Of a stretch of DNA of 64,000 nt, positions 43,228-52,676 are shown piece after piece. The DNA comes from a phage. The translations under genes were made by a program, and so were the position numbers. Position 1 is the first letter of the stretch; each line of letters begins with the position of its first letter. The DNA lies in the sequence record PZ452583.1; one strand, 5' to 3'. Below the pieces are notes generated by a model. The model was not told where the DNA came from and made no database searches. It worked only from the letters and a program-made list of their open reading frames with translations.

Positions 43228-43601
43228 TTAAATTTAATAGCTTGAAGAAGACTAATAATTCTCAAGCGACTTCTTTCATCTTTAACTGTAAAGGAAAGAG
43301 GGTCGCCAGATTTCATGGTAATAGTGCATTCAAAATCAAAATCTTCTGTGACTTCTTCGAAGAAGTCAAATTCTTCAGCATAAATTAGAACATTACTCTG
43401 CATACTGTGAAGAATTTTTCCGTTATTTCCAGACGCTGTACTAATCATCGTAACATTATGACCTTTCATATCTTCAACGATAAATTCGCTTGTAGATATT
43501 ACAGCATTAATAGAACCATTCCTATAAATAGCAGACATTAGATATTTCTTTTCTTCGCCTTCGCGAATACGATATTTCTTACCGATTTTAAACATAATCA
43601 C
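43224..43601 (-). CDS. Hypothetical protein
   Basis: ORF track 125 aa. Confidence 0.55.
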   Translation of the reverse strand: MIMFKIGKKYRIREGEEKKYLMSAIYRNGSINAVISTSEFIVEDMKGHNVTMISTASGNNGKILHSMQSNVLIYAEEFDFFEEVTEDFDFECTITMKSGDPLSFTVKDERSRLRIISLLQAIKFK

Positions 43602-43774
43602 CCTTTAAGTAAATCGTAAAAACCACCATTCACATGCTTAGGAGCAGAAGGCCGACGAGTAGACAAACGATGACATTTAGGGCAAACATCATTTTCTCGT
43701 TCAGAAATCTTTTTAATTTTTTCATATTCATGCCCACAATCTTCGGATTGGCATTTATAATCATACATTGGCAT
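43598..43774 (-). CDS. Zinc-ribbon microprotein (58 aa, CxxC...CxxC)
   Basis: ATG with AAGGA SD; product MPMYDYKCQSEDCGHEYEKIKKISERENDVCPKCHRL...; not in track. Confidence 0.5.
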   Translation of the reverse strand: MPMYDYKCQSEDCGHEYEKIKKISERENDVCPKCHRLSTRRPSAPKHVNGGFYDLLKG

Positions 43775-43776
43775 AA

Positions 43777-44202
43777 TTATTCCTTAAAATGAGCTTTCAG
43801 CATCTGATACAAGGACCATGCCTGTTCATTATTTTCAATAGTAACTTTCATGACTGGGAATTCTGTGAAATCTTCTATTTGTTCTTGCTCTTTCTCTTCC
43901 TGCTCTTGCTCTTCAACTGCCTGATATGGATTTTCCACTTCATCAAAGAACCCAGCTTCGTTAGTAGAAAGCCAAATAAAGTTTTCGTCAAGGATATCAC
44001 CATGTGTTGCATATCCAACTGTGCCAGTAGATGTCACAATTTTAGTAGGACGACCAAGATGGTCAACATCTAAAATTTTAAAAGGATGCATACCTAAACG
44101 GCGTGCATAGATTCCGTTATCAGTATGATCTTTAATAAAATTTTCTTGAGCTTGTTTATTTTTAAATTGATACCATTTATTAACTTCAAATCTAATAGCC
44201 AT
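43777..44202 (-). CDS. Hypothetical acidic protein (141 aa; possibly goF/comC-alpha by size and position)
   Basis: ORF track; length equals T4 goF but sequence identity not verified. Confidence 0.55.
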   Translation of the reverse strand: MAIRFEVNKWYQFKNKQAQENFIKDHTDNGIYARRLGMHPFKILDVDHLGRPTKIVTSTGTVGYATHGDILDENFIWLSTNEAGFFDEVENPYQAVEEQEQEEKEQEQIEDFTEFPVMKVTIENNEQAWSLYQMLKAHFKE

Positions 44203-44417
44203 TAATAAATTTCCTTCCAGTAAGTTGTGCCATCTTCAGTAATTTCACGAAATACACCGTAAATTGGTTGTTTATCACCAACCTTTTCATACACATAAAC
44301 CGAAGTCAAGTGAGTAAACTTAACGGTATGTTCCTTTTGAACCACTACCAAATCTGGATCAAATAATACATCTTCAAATTCGTCATTAGTGCAATTCTGA
44401 ACAATTTTGCGTTTCAT
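44202..44417 (-). CDS. cef: Cef-like protein (modifier of suppressor tRNAs) by size and position
   Basis: 71 aa, equals T4 Cef; assignment positional. Confidence 0.55.
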   Translation of the reverse strand: MKRKIVQNCTNDEFEDVLFDPDLVVVQKEHTVKFTHLTSVYVYEKVGDKQPIYGVFREITEDGTTYWKEIY

Positions 44418-44430
44418 TACAATTTCCTCA

Positions 44431-44700
44431 TTAATTGAACAGTGGAGCGATACGTTTCAGAAGAGTAGCAGCACCTTTAGCGAATTTTACATCATGAAAA
44501 ACAGTTTCTTCTTCTGTAACAACACGAGCTTTAATGTTTTCACAATCCCAATTTTTGCGAACAATCTTCAAAAGCTGCAGTAAATCTTTACATTCAGCAA
44601 TATCGATAACACATCCACGAGAATCTTCCATTATCGCACGATAACCGTAAGCCATACCATAATCATTGAAAGATTGCTCGATGATAATTAAATTTTCCAT
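44431..44700 (-). CDS. Hypothetical protein
   Basis: Track ORF to 44757; ATG MENLIIIEQ has GGAGAATAAA SD. Confidence 0.55.
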   Translation of the reverse strand: MENLIIIEQSFNDYGMAYGYRAIMEDSRGCVIDIAECKDLLQLLKIVRKNWDCENIKARVVTEEETVFHDVKFAKGAATLLKRIAPLFN

Positions 44701-44722
44701 TTTATTCTCCAAGTTTTTCTGT

Positions 44723-44765
44723 ATCAGTAGTTGATATTGATATAGTACCATAATCAACTACTGAT
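44723..44765. repeat. 13-bp perfect inverted repeat ATCAGTAGTTGAT / ATCAACTACTGAT with 17-nt spacer
   Basis: Read directly; spacer contains a -10-like TGGTACTATA; adjacent A11 homopolymer at ~44781..44791. Confidence 0.7.
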
Positions 44766-44809
44766 GTATATAGTTTTATGAAAAAAAAAAATTTAAACTT
44801 TATGCAAAT

Positions 44810-45229
44810 TTATGCTAAAGCTGCTTCGCACCATTTTTTAATTTGGAATTCAGGAACTACCATGAACTGGCCTGCAAAAACAATATTGTAGAGCTTGACA
44901 CCATCTTCTACCCAACGGTCCGAAATAAAACCAGCGACTTGATTCGTTGTCCATGGAGTTCCATCTGTTGCCGCCGCAATTGTGAATTTATGGTCTTTTA
45001 CAACTAAAACTGAAGAACAAAGTTTCCATTTAAATGCGCGTTCTTCTGGCTCAATGAACTGACTTGAGACATAACCAATGTTACCATCAGCGTCACGAAC
45101 TTTAACCTCGTTACGACCAAAAACTGGATCACTTACAGAAAGAACTTCAACCAGCTTTCCTGCAACTTTAGAACGAGAAGCAACGGATACATATACGTAA
45201 TCACCAGTAGAGAGATTTACAATATTCAT
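44810..45229 (-). CDS. Hypothetical protein, paralog family member A (motB-region)
   Basis: 139 aa; shares N- and C-terminal motifs with 45239..45712. Confidence 0.6.
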   Translation of the reverse strand: MNIVNLSTGDYVYVSVASRSKVAGKLVEVLSVSDPVFGRNEVKVRDADGNIGYVSSQFIEPEERAFKWKLCSSVLVVKDHKFTIAAATDGTPWTTNQVAGFISDRWVEDGVKLYNIVFAGQFMVVPEFQIKKWCEAALA

Positions 45230-45238
45230 AATAATTCC

Positions 45239-45712
45239 TTAAGCTTTACGAGGAGAAGCATAACGAGTGATTTCAGATTCTTCAACAACCCGGAAGTCAC
45301 CTAAGAATACGATATTGTAGAGCTTTTCACCATCTTCAACCCATTGGTCTGTGATGAAGCCACACATCCTATCAGTTTTACTTGGACCAGCGAAATCATC
45401 AATATAATCGAATTCTTCATCAGTTACAAATTCAACGCCTTTACACAACGCCCATTTAAATTGTGTATTAGACTCAGTGGATTCAACTTCTTCAACAGAA
45501 GCAAAATGAGAGCTAACACGAGTTTCCAGAAATTTAGGACTTACGTAAGCGTACTGAGTTTCAGTTTTTCCAGAACTAGGAATGATTCGAACTTTAACTT
45601 CTTTAACACGACCAGTACCATTAGTACGAAGTCCTACCACTTCAACTAGACGACCTGCAGCTTTAGAACGAGATGCAGACGATACACGCTTAATTTCACC
45701 GATAGTAATCAT
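45239..45712 (-). CDS. Hypothetical protein, paralog family member B (possibly motB-like)
   Basis: Track ORF to 45757 overlaps promoter -10; real start likely MITIGEIKR. Confidence 0.55.
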   Translation of the reverse strand: MITIGEIKRVSSASRSKAAGRLVEVVGLRTNGTGRVKEVKVRIIPSSGKTETQYAYVSPKFLETRVSSHFASVEEVESTESNTQFKWALCKGVEFVTDEEFDYIDDFAGPSKTDRMCGFITDQWVEDGEKLYNIVFLGDFRVVEESEITRYASPRKA

Positions 45713-45755
45713 AATTTTTCTCTCTTTGTTGTTAAGATTTATACTCCGCAGGACC

Positions 45756-45785
45756 ATTATACTCTGGTCCCAAGAGTTTGTAAAC
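45756..45785 (-). promoter_or_regulatory. T4-type early promoter (GTTTAC / TATAAT) with flanking 6-bp inverted repeat
   Basis: GTTTAC, 18 nt, TATAAT; GGACCA...TGGTCC brackets the -10. Confidence 0.55.
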
Positions 45786-46222
45786 TAGCTTACACGAACA
45801 TTAATCACTGCGCTACGAGGAACTACAGAGTATTCTCCAGCATGAACTACGTTCAGAAGTTCAACACCATCTTCAATCCACTGATCAGTCACCCATCCAC
45901 CCACAGGATTCGCGAATGGACGACGAATATAAACTGCCTTACACAGCAGATCAGTTGGATCTTCAGGTTTTTCAATTTCTGTCAATAGACTAAAATCTTT
46001 TTCATAAATAATAAGCGATGATACCATTCCATAATAGTTTCTAATTTCAATATACATCATACCGATAAGAATTCCGCTATTAACACTAATAACAGTAAAA
46101 GGATATCCGCCAGTTAAACCAAGAAGTTCACAAAACTTATTATGAGCTGTATTAGACAGTACCGAAAAATTCTTAATTTCATCAAATTTTTTCAATTGAT
46201 AAACAGCATTATTTTTAATCAT
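45785..46222 (-). CDS. Hypothetical protein, paralog family member C
   Basis: 145 aa; C-terminal WVTDQWIEDGVELLNVVHAGEYSVVP shared with members A and B. Confidence 0.6.
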   Translation of the reverse strand: MIKNNAVYQLKKFDEIKNFSVLSNTAHNKFCELLGLTGGYPFTVISVNSGILIGMMYIEIRNYYGMVSSLIIYEKDFSLLTEIEKPEDPTDLLCKAVYIRRPFANPVGGWVTDQWIEDGVELLNVVHAGEYSVVPRSAVINVRVS

Positions 46223-46232
46223 GATTTTCTCT

Positions 46233-46745
46233 TTAATCTAAAGTAATAAAGCCTTTTAATTCGGCATGTGATTTGCGGAACATTACTTGGTGCCCGCCAA
46301 TGATAACTTGATCATCTGGCACTTCATAAATCGCAATGTACATTCCACGATCTTTTAAGTCTTCACGCTCTTCTCGAGTAAACCATCTCATTATATCATA
46401 TTCACTAGCGAAAGCAAAATGATATAATGCAATAAACCACAATGGAATATAATTTTCAATTCGTGAATAATCTTTATTCCATTTAGTTTTAATAGCATCA
46501 TTAGCATTTTCAACTAATAACTTATCATCGTGTGGAATAGGAATACTTTCATGGCTTTCATAATCATTGCTATGATGATGAAATGATGATGAATTAATAC
46601 CGCAAAATTTTAGCCAAGTTCGAGTTTTCATAGAATCAAATCCACGATAAGGAGTTGATTGAACGCATAACTCTTGCCTAATTTTCATTATACCACTATC
46701 ATCATTTAATGCGCTAAACGATGATTCAACACGATAAATTTTCAT
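46233..46745 (-). CDS. Hypothetical protein (170 aa)
   Basis: Track ORF to 46784 spans promoter; ATG MKIYRV has GAGGATAATAAA SD. Confidence 0.55.
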   Translation of the reverse strand: MKIYRVESSFSALNDDSGIMKIRQELCVQSTPYRGFDSMKTRTWLKFCGINSSSFHHHSNDYESHESIPIPHDDKLLVENANDAIKTKWNKDYSRIENYIPLWFIALYHFAFASEYDIMRWFTREEREDLKDRGMYIAIYEVPDDQVIIGGHQVMFRKSHAELKGFITLD

Positions 46746-46772
46746 TTTATTATCCTCAGTAGCTATGGTGTT

Positions 46773-46802
46773 ATAATACCACAACTGACCGAGGAAGTAA
46801 AC
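46773..46802 (-). promoter_or_regulatory. T4-type early promoter (GTTTAC / TATTAT)
   Basis: GTTTAC, 18 nt, TG-n-TATTAT on minus strand. Confidence 0.6.
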
Positions 46803-46808
46803 AACTTT

Positions 46809-47492
46809 TTATCGTTTTGTTGGAAGAGACAGAGGATCGCATTCTTCCTCTGATGGAGCGTCTTCAAGACCCATAGCATAGCGCAAAGCATACTTCATCA
46901 TCAGGATGTCTTTCGCACAGTCATGAATGGAATCATGCGCAACGAATCCATCTAAAGTTCCTTTTGGAAGAGGACACGTAGTCATATCACGAACAAGGAG
47001 AAGTGCTTCAATTCTAGTACGAATGTCGCGTTGATTCCAGAATTTACACGGTTCTAACTTAAATGTATCAAGCTCATTCTCGGAAACGCCGTTAAGACGT
47101 TGAATATCGCGAATGAGATCGACTAAAATTGGAAAATCAAACGACATTCCACGGCACCAGCCTTGAGATTTCCAAGGATCGATATTATGCGCATTGATGT
47201 AATCATTAAATTTTGCAATACCATCGATAGTGCTTACATCTTCATCTGATGGCGCAATATTTTTTCGAGCTTCAGGAGATTGATTCTTCCACCATTCGAT
47301 AGTGCTTTTAGTAAAAAGACGATGTCCTTTTTGGCTTTTTAAATCAAATTTGATTTTAATGCCACGTGAAACTAATTCATCAAATGTTTCAACGACTTCT
47401 GGATTAGGGTCAAAAGCAATTACAGCCAAATCAATAACAGCTGCTTTTTCACCGCTTCCCATTGTTTCAAAATCTATAATAAAATCAAACAT
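46809..47492 (-). CDS. dexA: Exonuclease A (DnaQ-like 3'-5' exonuclease)
   Basis: 227 aa, equals T4 DexA; DEDD-type motifs FIIDFET... Confidence 0.88.
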   Translation of the reverse strand: MFDFIIDFETMGSGEKAAVIDLAVIAFDPNPEVVETFDELVSRGIKIKFDLKSQKGHRLFTKSTIEWWKNQSPEARKNIAPSDEDVSTIDGIAKFNDYINAHNIDPWKSQGWCRGMSFDFPILVDLIRDIQRLNGVSENELDTFKLEPCKFWNQRDIRTRIEALLLVRDMTTCPLPKGTLDGFVAHDSIHDCAKDILMMKYALRYAMGLEDAPSEEECDPLSLPTKR

Positions 47493-47749
47493 TAAATTTT
47501 CCTCGCTAAATCACGAATTTGACCTACAGTATAGTCTTGAATATAAACTTTATTGATAGGCTCATCAATAAATTTTGCCATAGATTCAATGTCTTTTTGT
47601 ATTTCTTCAAGACTGTATACTATCTTTAAAGCTTTTTCGCGAATAGTAATATTTTCAGGACCCTGATTTTCTTCAATGACAGCTTTAACATTTGTCATAA
47701 GAGATTTAAACTGGTACCAACTCAACTCAATCATTAATAATCGCCTCAT
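47492..47749 (-). CDS. Hypothetical protein, tandem paralog 1
   Basis: 85 aa; similar to 47727..47987 (MRRL/MRKL, LEEIQKDI/LEEIERDL). Confidence 0.55.
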   Translation of the reverse strand: MRRLLMIELSWYQFKSLMTNVKAVIEENQGPENITIREKALKIVYSLEEIQKDIESMAKFIDEPINKVYIQDYTVGQIRDLARKI

Positions 47750-47987
47750 AAAGATAGCTAATTTCGCCTAAAACGTAATCATTGATTGTAACAGTTTTCA
47801 CTTCACCACAAAAGAATTCTAACGCAATTAAATCTCGTTCAATTTCTTCTAATTGAAGCATCAACTTACTAGATTCAATTTTTACAGTTTCACGATTTTT
47901 ACCATGAGCAATTTCATAAATTTCGCTAACTTTATCCTGAAGAAGATAAAACTGATCTTTAGTTATTTCCACGAATAGCTTCCTCAA
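47727..47987 (-). CDS. Hypothetical protein, tandem paralog 2
   Basis: 86 aa. Confidence 0.55.
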   Translation of the reverse strand: MRKLFVEITKDQFYLLQDKVSEIYEIAHGKNRETVKIESSKLMLQLEEIERDLIALEFFCGEVKTVTINDYVLGEISYLYEAIIND

Positions 47988-48219
47988 ATTTAATTAGTAA
48001 TTTACAGACACTTTCATCTAGTGTAATTACCGTATCTGTATTACTGTGATATGATTGTTTTTCAATTCGTTTAATTGCTAATATAGTATCACTTATAAGA
48101 TAAAGCTTATGAAGGAGCTCAGCTCCTGTTATCATAACATTAAGATTATCTTGCTTATTAGTATGCTTCCTTATACCATCTATTAGACGATTTAAATATT
48201 TTGAATTGATGTTAATCAT
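47959..48219 (-). CDS. Hypothetical protein (86 aa)
   Basis: ORF track. Confidence 0.5.
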   Translation of the reverse strand: MININSKYLNRLIDGIRKHTNKQDNLNVMITGAELLHKLYLISDTILAIKRIEKQSYHSNTDTVITLDESVCKLLIKFEEAIRGNN

Positions 48220-48225
48220 ATATCC

Positions 48226-49545
48226 TCACACATAAAATACGTCATAACGACCACGGGTAACACCAACATAAAGAAGTTGTTGAGCTAGTTCAGCATCTGC
48301 ATAATGAATACAAGGCGTATAAATGAAAGCACGGTCTACAGACATACCCTGAGCTTTATGGAATGTTGATGCAGGAAGTGCTTTCACTTTACTAAACTGT
48401 GATTTAGCATCCCAAAAATCACTCCACGGAGCTTTTCCGCCTTTGTTCCAATTTTTATAAGTTTCTGCCGTTTTACCTAAAAATAGGTTAAACTTATATA
48501 GCTCTTCATCAGATGAAATTATTTTAATCTTTTCACGATAATATTCATCATCGCCGTAAGTTTCTACTGTTAAATCCCAATGACGAATTAAGTATTCTCC
48601 AGGAACACCACGAGCTTTAACAAACGTCGATGTATACTCTGCTTCTATAATACGAACTAATTGTCCATTATTAAAAATAATTTCTGACACAGGCTTTCCG
48701 TCAATTTTATATGTTTTAATTAATGGTTCCTGCATTACAATAATTTCACCGACAATAAAATCTTTATCAGTTTCAAAAATCTTTTTACGAATAATGCTAT
48801 TTAACTTGTCAACAGATTTATTCGTAAATGCCATTACGCGATTTTCAAACAAATCATCTAAAGATTTGACGATTGAAAAATAATTTACCATAAAATCGCG
48901 TAAAGCGGTATCACCAGTAAATCCACGTACTCCATGCCCGTCAACAACTTTATCATAAATCCACTTACCGTTACGAACGTCAGTAGCTACATCAATAATA
49001 GGAGCATTACTGCGTTTAACTTCAGTGAGTTCACACTGATAAAAATCTTTATGTGTAAAGAATGGACTGATATAAGCAGTGTTTTCTCCTGGGTCAACAG
49101 GTCTAATTTGCTTATTATCACCTATTCCAATTATAGTACACCATGGCGGGATAGTTGAAAGCAGAATTTTAAATAGCTTTCTATCATACATTGACACTTC
49201 ATCGCAGATTAATACTCTGCATTTAGCTAAATCTGGTACTTCCTTCTGCTCAAAGAGGACATTTTCTTCATATGTTACCGGGTTAATTTTGAGAATACTG
49301 TGAATAGTACTCGCTTCTTTCCCTGATAGTTTTGAAAGAATCTTTTTAGCTGCATGTGTAGGAGCTGCCAAAATGATACCAGTTTCGCCCGTAGATATTA
49401 AAGCTTCAATGATGAACTTAGTAAGAGTAGTCTTACCAGTACCAGCAGGTCCATTAATAGTTACATGATGTTTCTTTTCTTTAATAGCCCTCATAACAAT
49501 GTTAAAGGCATTTTTCTGGCCTTCAGTCAAATCATCAAATGTCAT
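48226..49545 (-). CDS. dda: Dda DNA helicase (SF1B)
   Basis: 439 aa, equals T4 Dda; Walker A GPAGTGKTT. Confidence 0.93.
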   Translation of the reverse strand: MTFDDLTEGQKNAFNIVMRAIKEKKHHVTINGPAGTGKTTLTKFIIEALISTGETGIILAAPTHAAKKILSKLSGKEASTIHSILKINPVTYEENVLFEQKEVPDLAKCRVLICDEVSMYDRKLFKILLSTIPPWCTIIGIGDNKQIRPVDPGENTAYISPFFTHKDFYQCELTEVKRSNAPIIDVATDVRNGKWIYDKVVDGHGVRGFTGDTALRDFMVNYFSIVKSLDDLFENRVMAFTNKSVDKLNSIIRKKIFETDKDFIVGEIIVMQEPLIKTYKIDGKPVSEIIFNNGQLVRIIEAEYTSTFVKARGVPGEYLIRHWDLTVETYGDDEYYREKIKIISSDEELYKFNLFLGKTAETYKNWNKGGKAPWSDFWDAKSQFSKVKALPASTFHKAQGMSVDRAFIYTPCIHYADAELAQQLLYVGVTRGRYDVFYV

Positions 49546-49853
49546 CGTAAATTCCCTGCAATTGGTATACTAACAATACGCCCAGTATCTAAAATTCGCC
49601 GATATAATCTTTGTGTGTCTACATCAGGCTTAACATGTTTAACTTCTATTTTATTAAACCAAAACTTGCGTGGAGTCTCAACTAATCTTGGAATTCCCTT
49701 ACCTAAAGCTAATCGATACTGCTCTTTAAGAGTAGTAAATACTTTATCAGCAATATTCCATTCAAAAAATACAGCAGGACGATGTTCATCAAGCGGAACT
49801 GGCGCCGTAAATCCGTCTTTGTCTCGGTAAACTATCGCATATACATAAACCAT
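49542..49853 (-). CDS. Hypothetical protein (dda.1)
   Basis: ORF track 103 aa; overlaps dda start. Confidence 0.6.
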   Translation of the reverse strand: MVYVYAIVYRDKDGFTAPVPLDEHRPAVFFEWNIADKVFTTLKEQYRLALGKGIPRLVETPRKFWFNKIEVKHVKPDVDTQRLYRRILDTGRIVSIPIAGNLR

Positions 49854-49854
49854 A

Positions 49855-50601
49855 TTATCCTCGGATAAGTTTAAAAATTGAACAATTCAGCGGATATCCT
49901 CTTTTCAGTTTAAGTTTATCAATAAAAGACAAGTTTTGATACCGCTCTACACCTTGAATAATTTTATCACACATATCATATTGCATTTCTGCTTCTGACA
50001 ACTTTTTCACAGTTTTCCAATCCGAGCCTTTAAGAAGAACGTTCAGTTTAACAACTTCAGCGCCTTCTGCTATGCGAGAACCATCAATACGAGCTTTAAG
50101 TGCTATAATTCTTAGCTTAATGTCAGAGGTCTGTTTTGATTTAGAAAGCTGAGAAATGTGTTCAATTCGGTTTTCACGTTTTTTCTGTATAGCTTTAATT
50201 TGATTATAAGTCTTTTTGATTTTAGCCCATTTCTTTTCATCTAAATTTAGTTTATGAACTTTTTTCGCAGATGAACGACCAATTCGCAAAGCAAACAAAT
50301 CACGTTTTTCAATTAACTCCTCTAAAGTATAATCAGAACGAAATGTATTATACTTTTTCTTTACTGCAATAACGTTCCCTTTAATGTATCCAATGTTATT
50401 ATCAAAACGTTCTAATGATAATTTCTCTCCTTCAATACGATTATCAAAAGGTTCTCCCGAGTAAGCGCAAACTTTTTGGTCTAAAATGTTCTTAATGTAA
50501 TTGAAGTCTAAGTTAAAATCTTTAGAACGTCTTTTTGCAGATGCCTGAGTATGCTCTAAACGACGTTTAATTTTACGAATTTGGTTATTAGACAGCTTCA
50601 T
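49855..50601 (-). CDS. srd: Srd-like protein (sigma-related host takeover factor) by position
   Basis: 248 aa basic protein between dda.1 and modA as in T4; sequence identity not verified. Confidence 0.6.
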   Translation of the reverse strand: MKLSNNQIRKIKRRLEHTQASAKRRSKDFNLDFNYIKNILDQKVCAYSGEPFDNRIEGEKLSLERFDNNIGYIKGNVIAVKKKYNTFRSDYTLEELIEKRDLFALRIGRSSAKKVHKLNLDEKKWAKIKKTYNQIKAIQKKRENRIEHISQLSKSKQTSDIKLRIIALKARIDGSRIAEGAEVVKLNVLLKGSDWKTVKKLSEAEMQYDMCDKIIQGVERYQNLSFIDKLKLKRGYPLNCSIFKLIRG

Positions 50602-50637
50602 ATTTTTCTCACATCTTACGGACGGTTAACTACTTAT

Positions 50638-50667
50638 ACTATAACATTTTTACTTTAACTTGTAAAC
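50638..50667 (-). promoter_or_regulatory. T4-type early promoter (GTTTAC / TATAGT)
   Basis: GTTTAC, 18 nt, TATAGT upstream of srd. Confidence 0.55.
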
Positions 50668-50724
50668 AACTTTATGTAAAAATGCTTTAAAAATTTCATG
50701 GTATAATGAATCTAAGTCCTTCCA

Positions 50725-51327
50725 TTATAGATTAAATCCTTCAAAATCAAGAGTATAGATAGTGTATGTTGAATACTTTTTGTACTCATATCTATCTGCA
50801 ATTCTAAATACACTTCCAGCTGGTATCATTACTTCTTGTTCATCTGAAACTAATTCCATATTACGATAACGATGGCTATCCGGAAACTTAAAGTTTGGAT
50901 TGTATTCTTTACAGCGTAGAGCTTTTATAGCATACTCCTGGAAATTGAATACCATAGGAGCTTTGAATTCAAAAATAACTTGTGTGTTATACTCTAAACC
51001 GGAAGCAAAATGTAGAGCTATATTTTTATCATATGAAGCTGATACGACTTTATCAAATGTAATAATATCAATTCCTTGATTTAACACCTGCTTAGTCTCA
51101 GCTGGAACACCTCTCCAAAGAGGTTTATCGTTTGGAACCAAACGAGATTTGATTATTTCATTTAACCAAGTATGGTCATCTGGTTTATTAGTAATACAAT
51201 GAATTAAAAGTTCAATTTCAGATAAATTAAACCCTTCAGAAAGCAATTCTTCACGAATAGAAGCACGCACCGATGCATCCATTGATTTTATTTTAAAATC
51301 TTTTAGTTGCATTATTGAGTATTTCAT
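50725..51327 (-). CDS. modA: ModA ADP-ribosyltransferase
   Basis: 200 aa, equals T4 ModA; ART-like R-S-E features; adjacent paralog modB. Confidence 0.85.
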   Translation of the reverse strand: MKYSIMQLKDFKIKSMDASVRASIREELLSEGFNLSEIELLIHCITNKPDDHTWLNEIIKSRLVPNDKPLWRGVPAETKQVLNQGIDIITFDKVVSASYDKNIALHFASGLEYNTQVIFEFKAPMVFNFQEYAIKALRCKEYNPNFKFPDSHRYRNMELVSDEQEVMIPAGSVFRIADRYEYKKYSTYTIYTLDFEGFNL

Positions 51328-51947
51328 TCAACTACCTCAATATCATAAACTTTAAATGTTCCAAATGAATCGTGTAATTTTTCTTTTGAAATAGAAGTTA
51401 TTCTATACTTTCCAATTGGAATCATCCATTCTTGTTCATGTACAATCATCATTAAGTTATCAGTACGCTCTGAATCTAATCCATCAGTGTCTTCATACGT
51501 GTACTTAAACTCAGTATTAGGAGAAGAAAGTATAATATCGCTGATATGGTCAGAGTAATTAAAAGCTTTATCAGTTTTTAAACGAAGTATTGTTTCAGTG
51601 AAATATTCAGCATAAGAAAAAGAACACGCTGTATGCAAACTAGTAGTAAATGAATCTACCCTGTTCGTTGAAAACACTTCTCCAACTTGTAAATCTTTAA
51701 TAAGTTCTTTTGTCGATTTTGATATACCACGATATAACTGATAAGGCGATTTAGTTAAATGCTTTTTAATGATTTTATTCAACTGCCTATGAATAGCTTC
51801 ATTCTTTTTGGCTTCCATACATTGCCAAAGAACAGACTGCTCAAAGTCAGTAAATTTTTCACAGACTTTTTTATACATATCATATTGAAAATCAACGCTT
51901 TCAGCTTTTATAGATAACTGTTCAACATCTGCAGGATTAATAATCAT
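51324..51947 (-). CDS. modB: ModB ADP-ribosyltransferase
   Basis: 207 aa, equals T4 ModB; paralog of ModA. Confidence 0.85.
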   Translation of the reverse strand: MIINPADVEQLSIKAESVDFQYDMYKKVCEKFTDFEQSVLWQCMEAKKNEAIHRQLNKIIKKHLTKSPYQLYRGISKSTKELIKDLQVGEVFSTNRVDSFTTSLHTACSFSYAEYFTETILRLKTDKAFNYSDHISDIILSSPNTEFKYTYEDTDGLDSERTDNLMMIVHEQEWMIPIGKYRITSISKEKLHDSFGTFKVYDIEVVE

Positions 51948-51973
51948 GATAGCCTCCGTATACTTCAGAAGCT

Positions 51974-52003
51974 ATCATATCATCGTTAGAAAGGAAAGTA
52001 AAC
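51974..52003 (-). promoter_or_regulatory. T4-type early promoter (GTTTAC / TATGAT)
   Basis: GTTTAC, 18 nt, TATGAT upstream of modB. Confidence 0.55.
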
Positions 52004-52014
52004 AACTTTTTAAA

Positions 52015-52197
52015 TTATTTTGCCCAGGGAGCCCAAGGCGGAGGGTCAAGATGGTATGAAGCCAGTTCTTCTAGAAGAGCATCTGGGGCTTCAATTCCAT
52101 AATTCTGTAATACTATACGGTATTCTTTCTTATAATCACTAGAATCATTCTGGATATTCGTAGAATGATTATCTTCTAACATCTCAAATAAATCCAT
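52015..52197 (-). CDS. Hypothetical protein
   Basis: ORF track 60 aa. Confidence 0.45.
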   Translation of the reverse strand: MDLFEMLEDNHSTNIQNDSSDYKKEYRIVLQNYGIEAPDALLEELASYHLDPPPWAPWAK

Positions 52198-52205
52198 ATT
52201 AATTC

Positions 52206-52676
52206 CTAGCGATAAAAACCAAAGTGACGATTAGCTTCAATGATCTTTCTTTCTTCTTCTGACATTCTCCATCGTAGTCCAACATCAAAATGAGCCCAGA
52301 CCATCTTAACAAATGCATTTATATCTTTAATATCTTCAATAATGAATGTTTTACTTTTAGAAGGTTGACTCGCTAATTTAACTTTATCGTCTTCAAACAT
52401 GTCAAAAAGACCATATTCATGAGCTCTTTTATAGCCTTTAATAGTTAAAGCTTCAGAAGAAGAAAATGGTGAATCTGTATTCTGCAAAATATCTTCAGTA
52501 TGCTTTATAATTAGAATAACATTTTCTGGATATTTTCTTTCTTTTATATCTTTAATTAAAATATCTGGATTTTCTGCTAAAGGAATAATTAATGAGCACT
52601 TTTTATCAAGTGTATTTACTGATTTACCTTCTTTAGACATAAATTCTATTGAATATAATTTTGCTACTTCAATCAT
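52206..52676 (-). CDS. Hypothetical protein
   Basis: ORF track 156 aa. Confidence 0.6.
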   Translation of the reverse strand: MIEVAKLYSIEFMSKEGKSVNTLDKKCSLIIPLAENPDILIKDIKERKYPENVILIIKHTEDILQNTDSPFSSSEALTIKGYKRAHEYGLFDMFEDDKVKLASQPSKSKTFIIEDIKDINAFVKMVWAHFDVGLRWRMSEEERKIIEANRHFGFYR

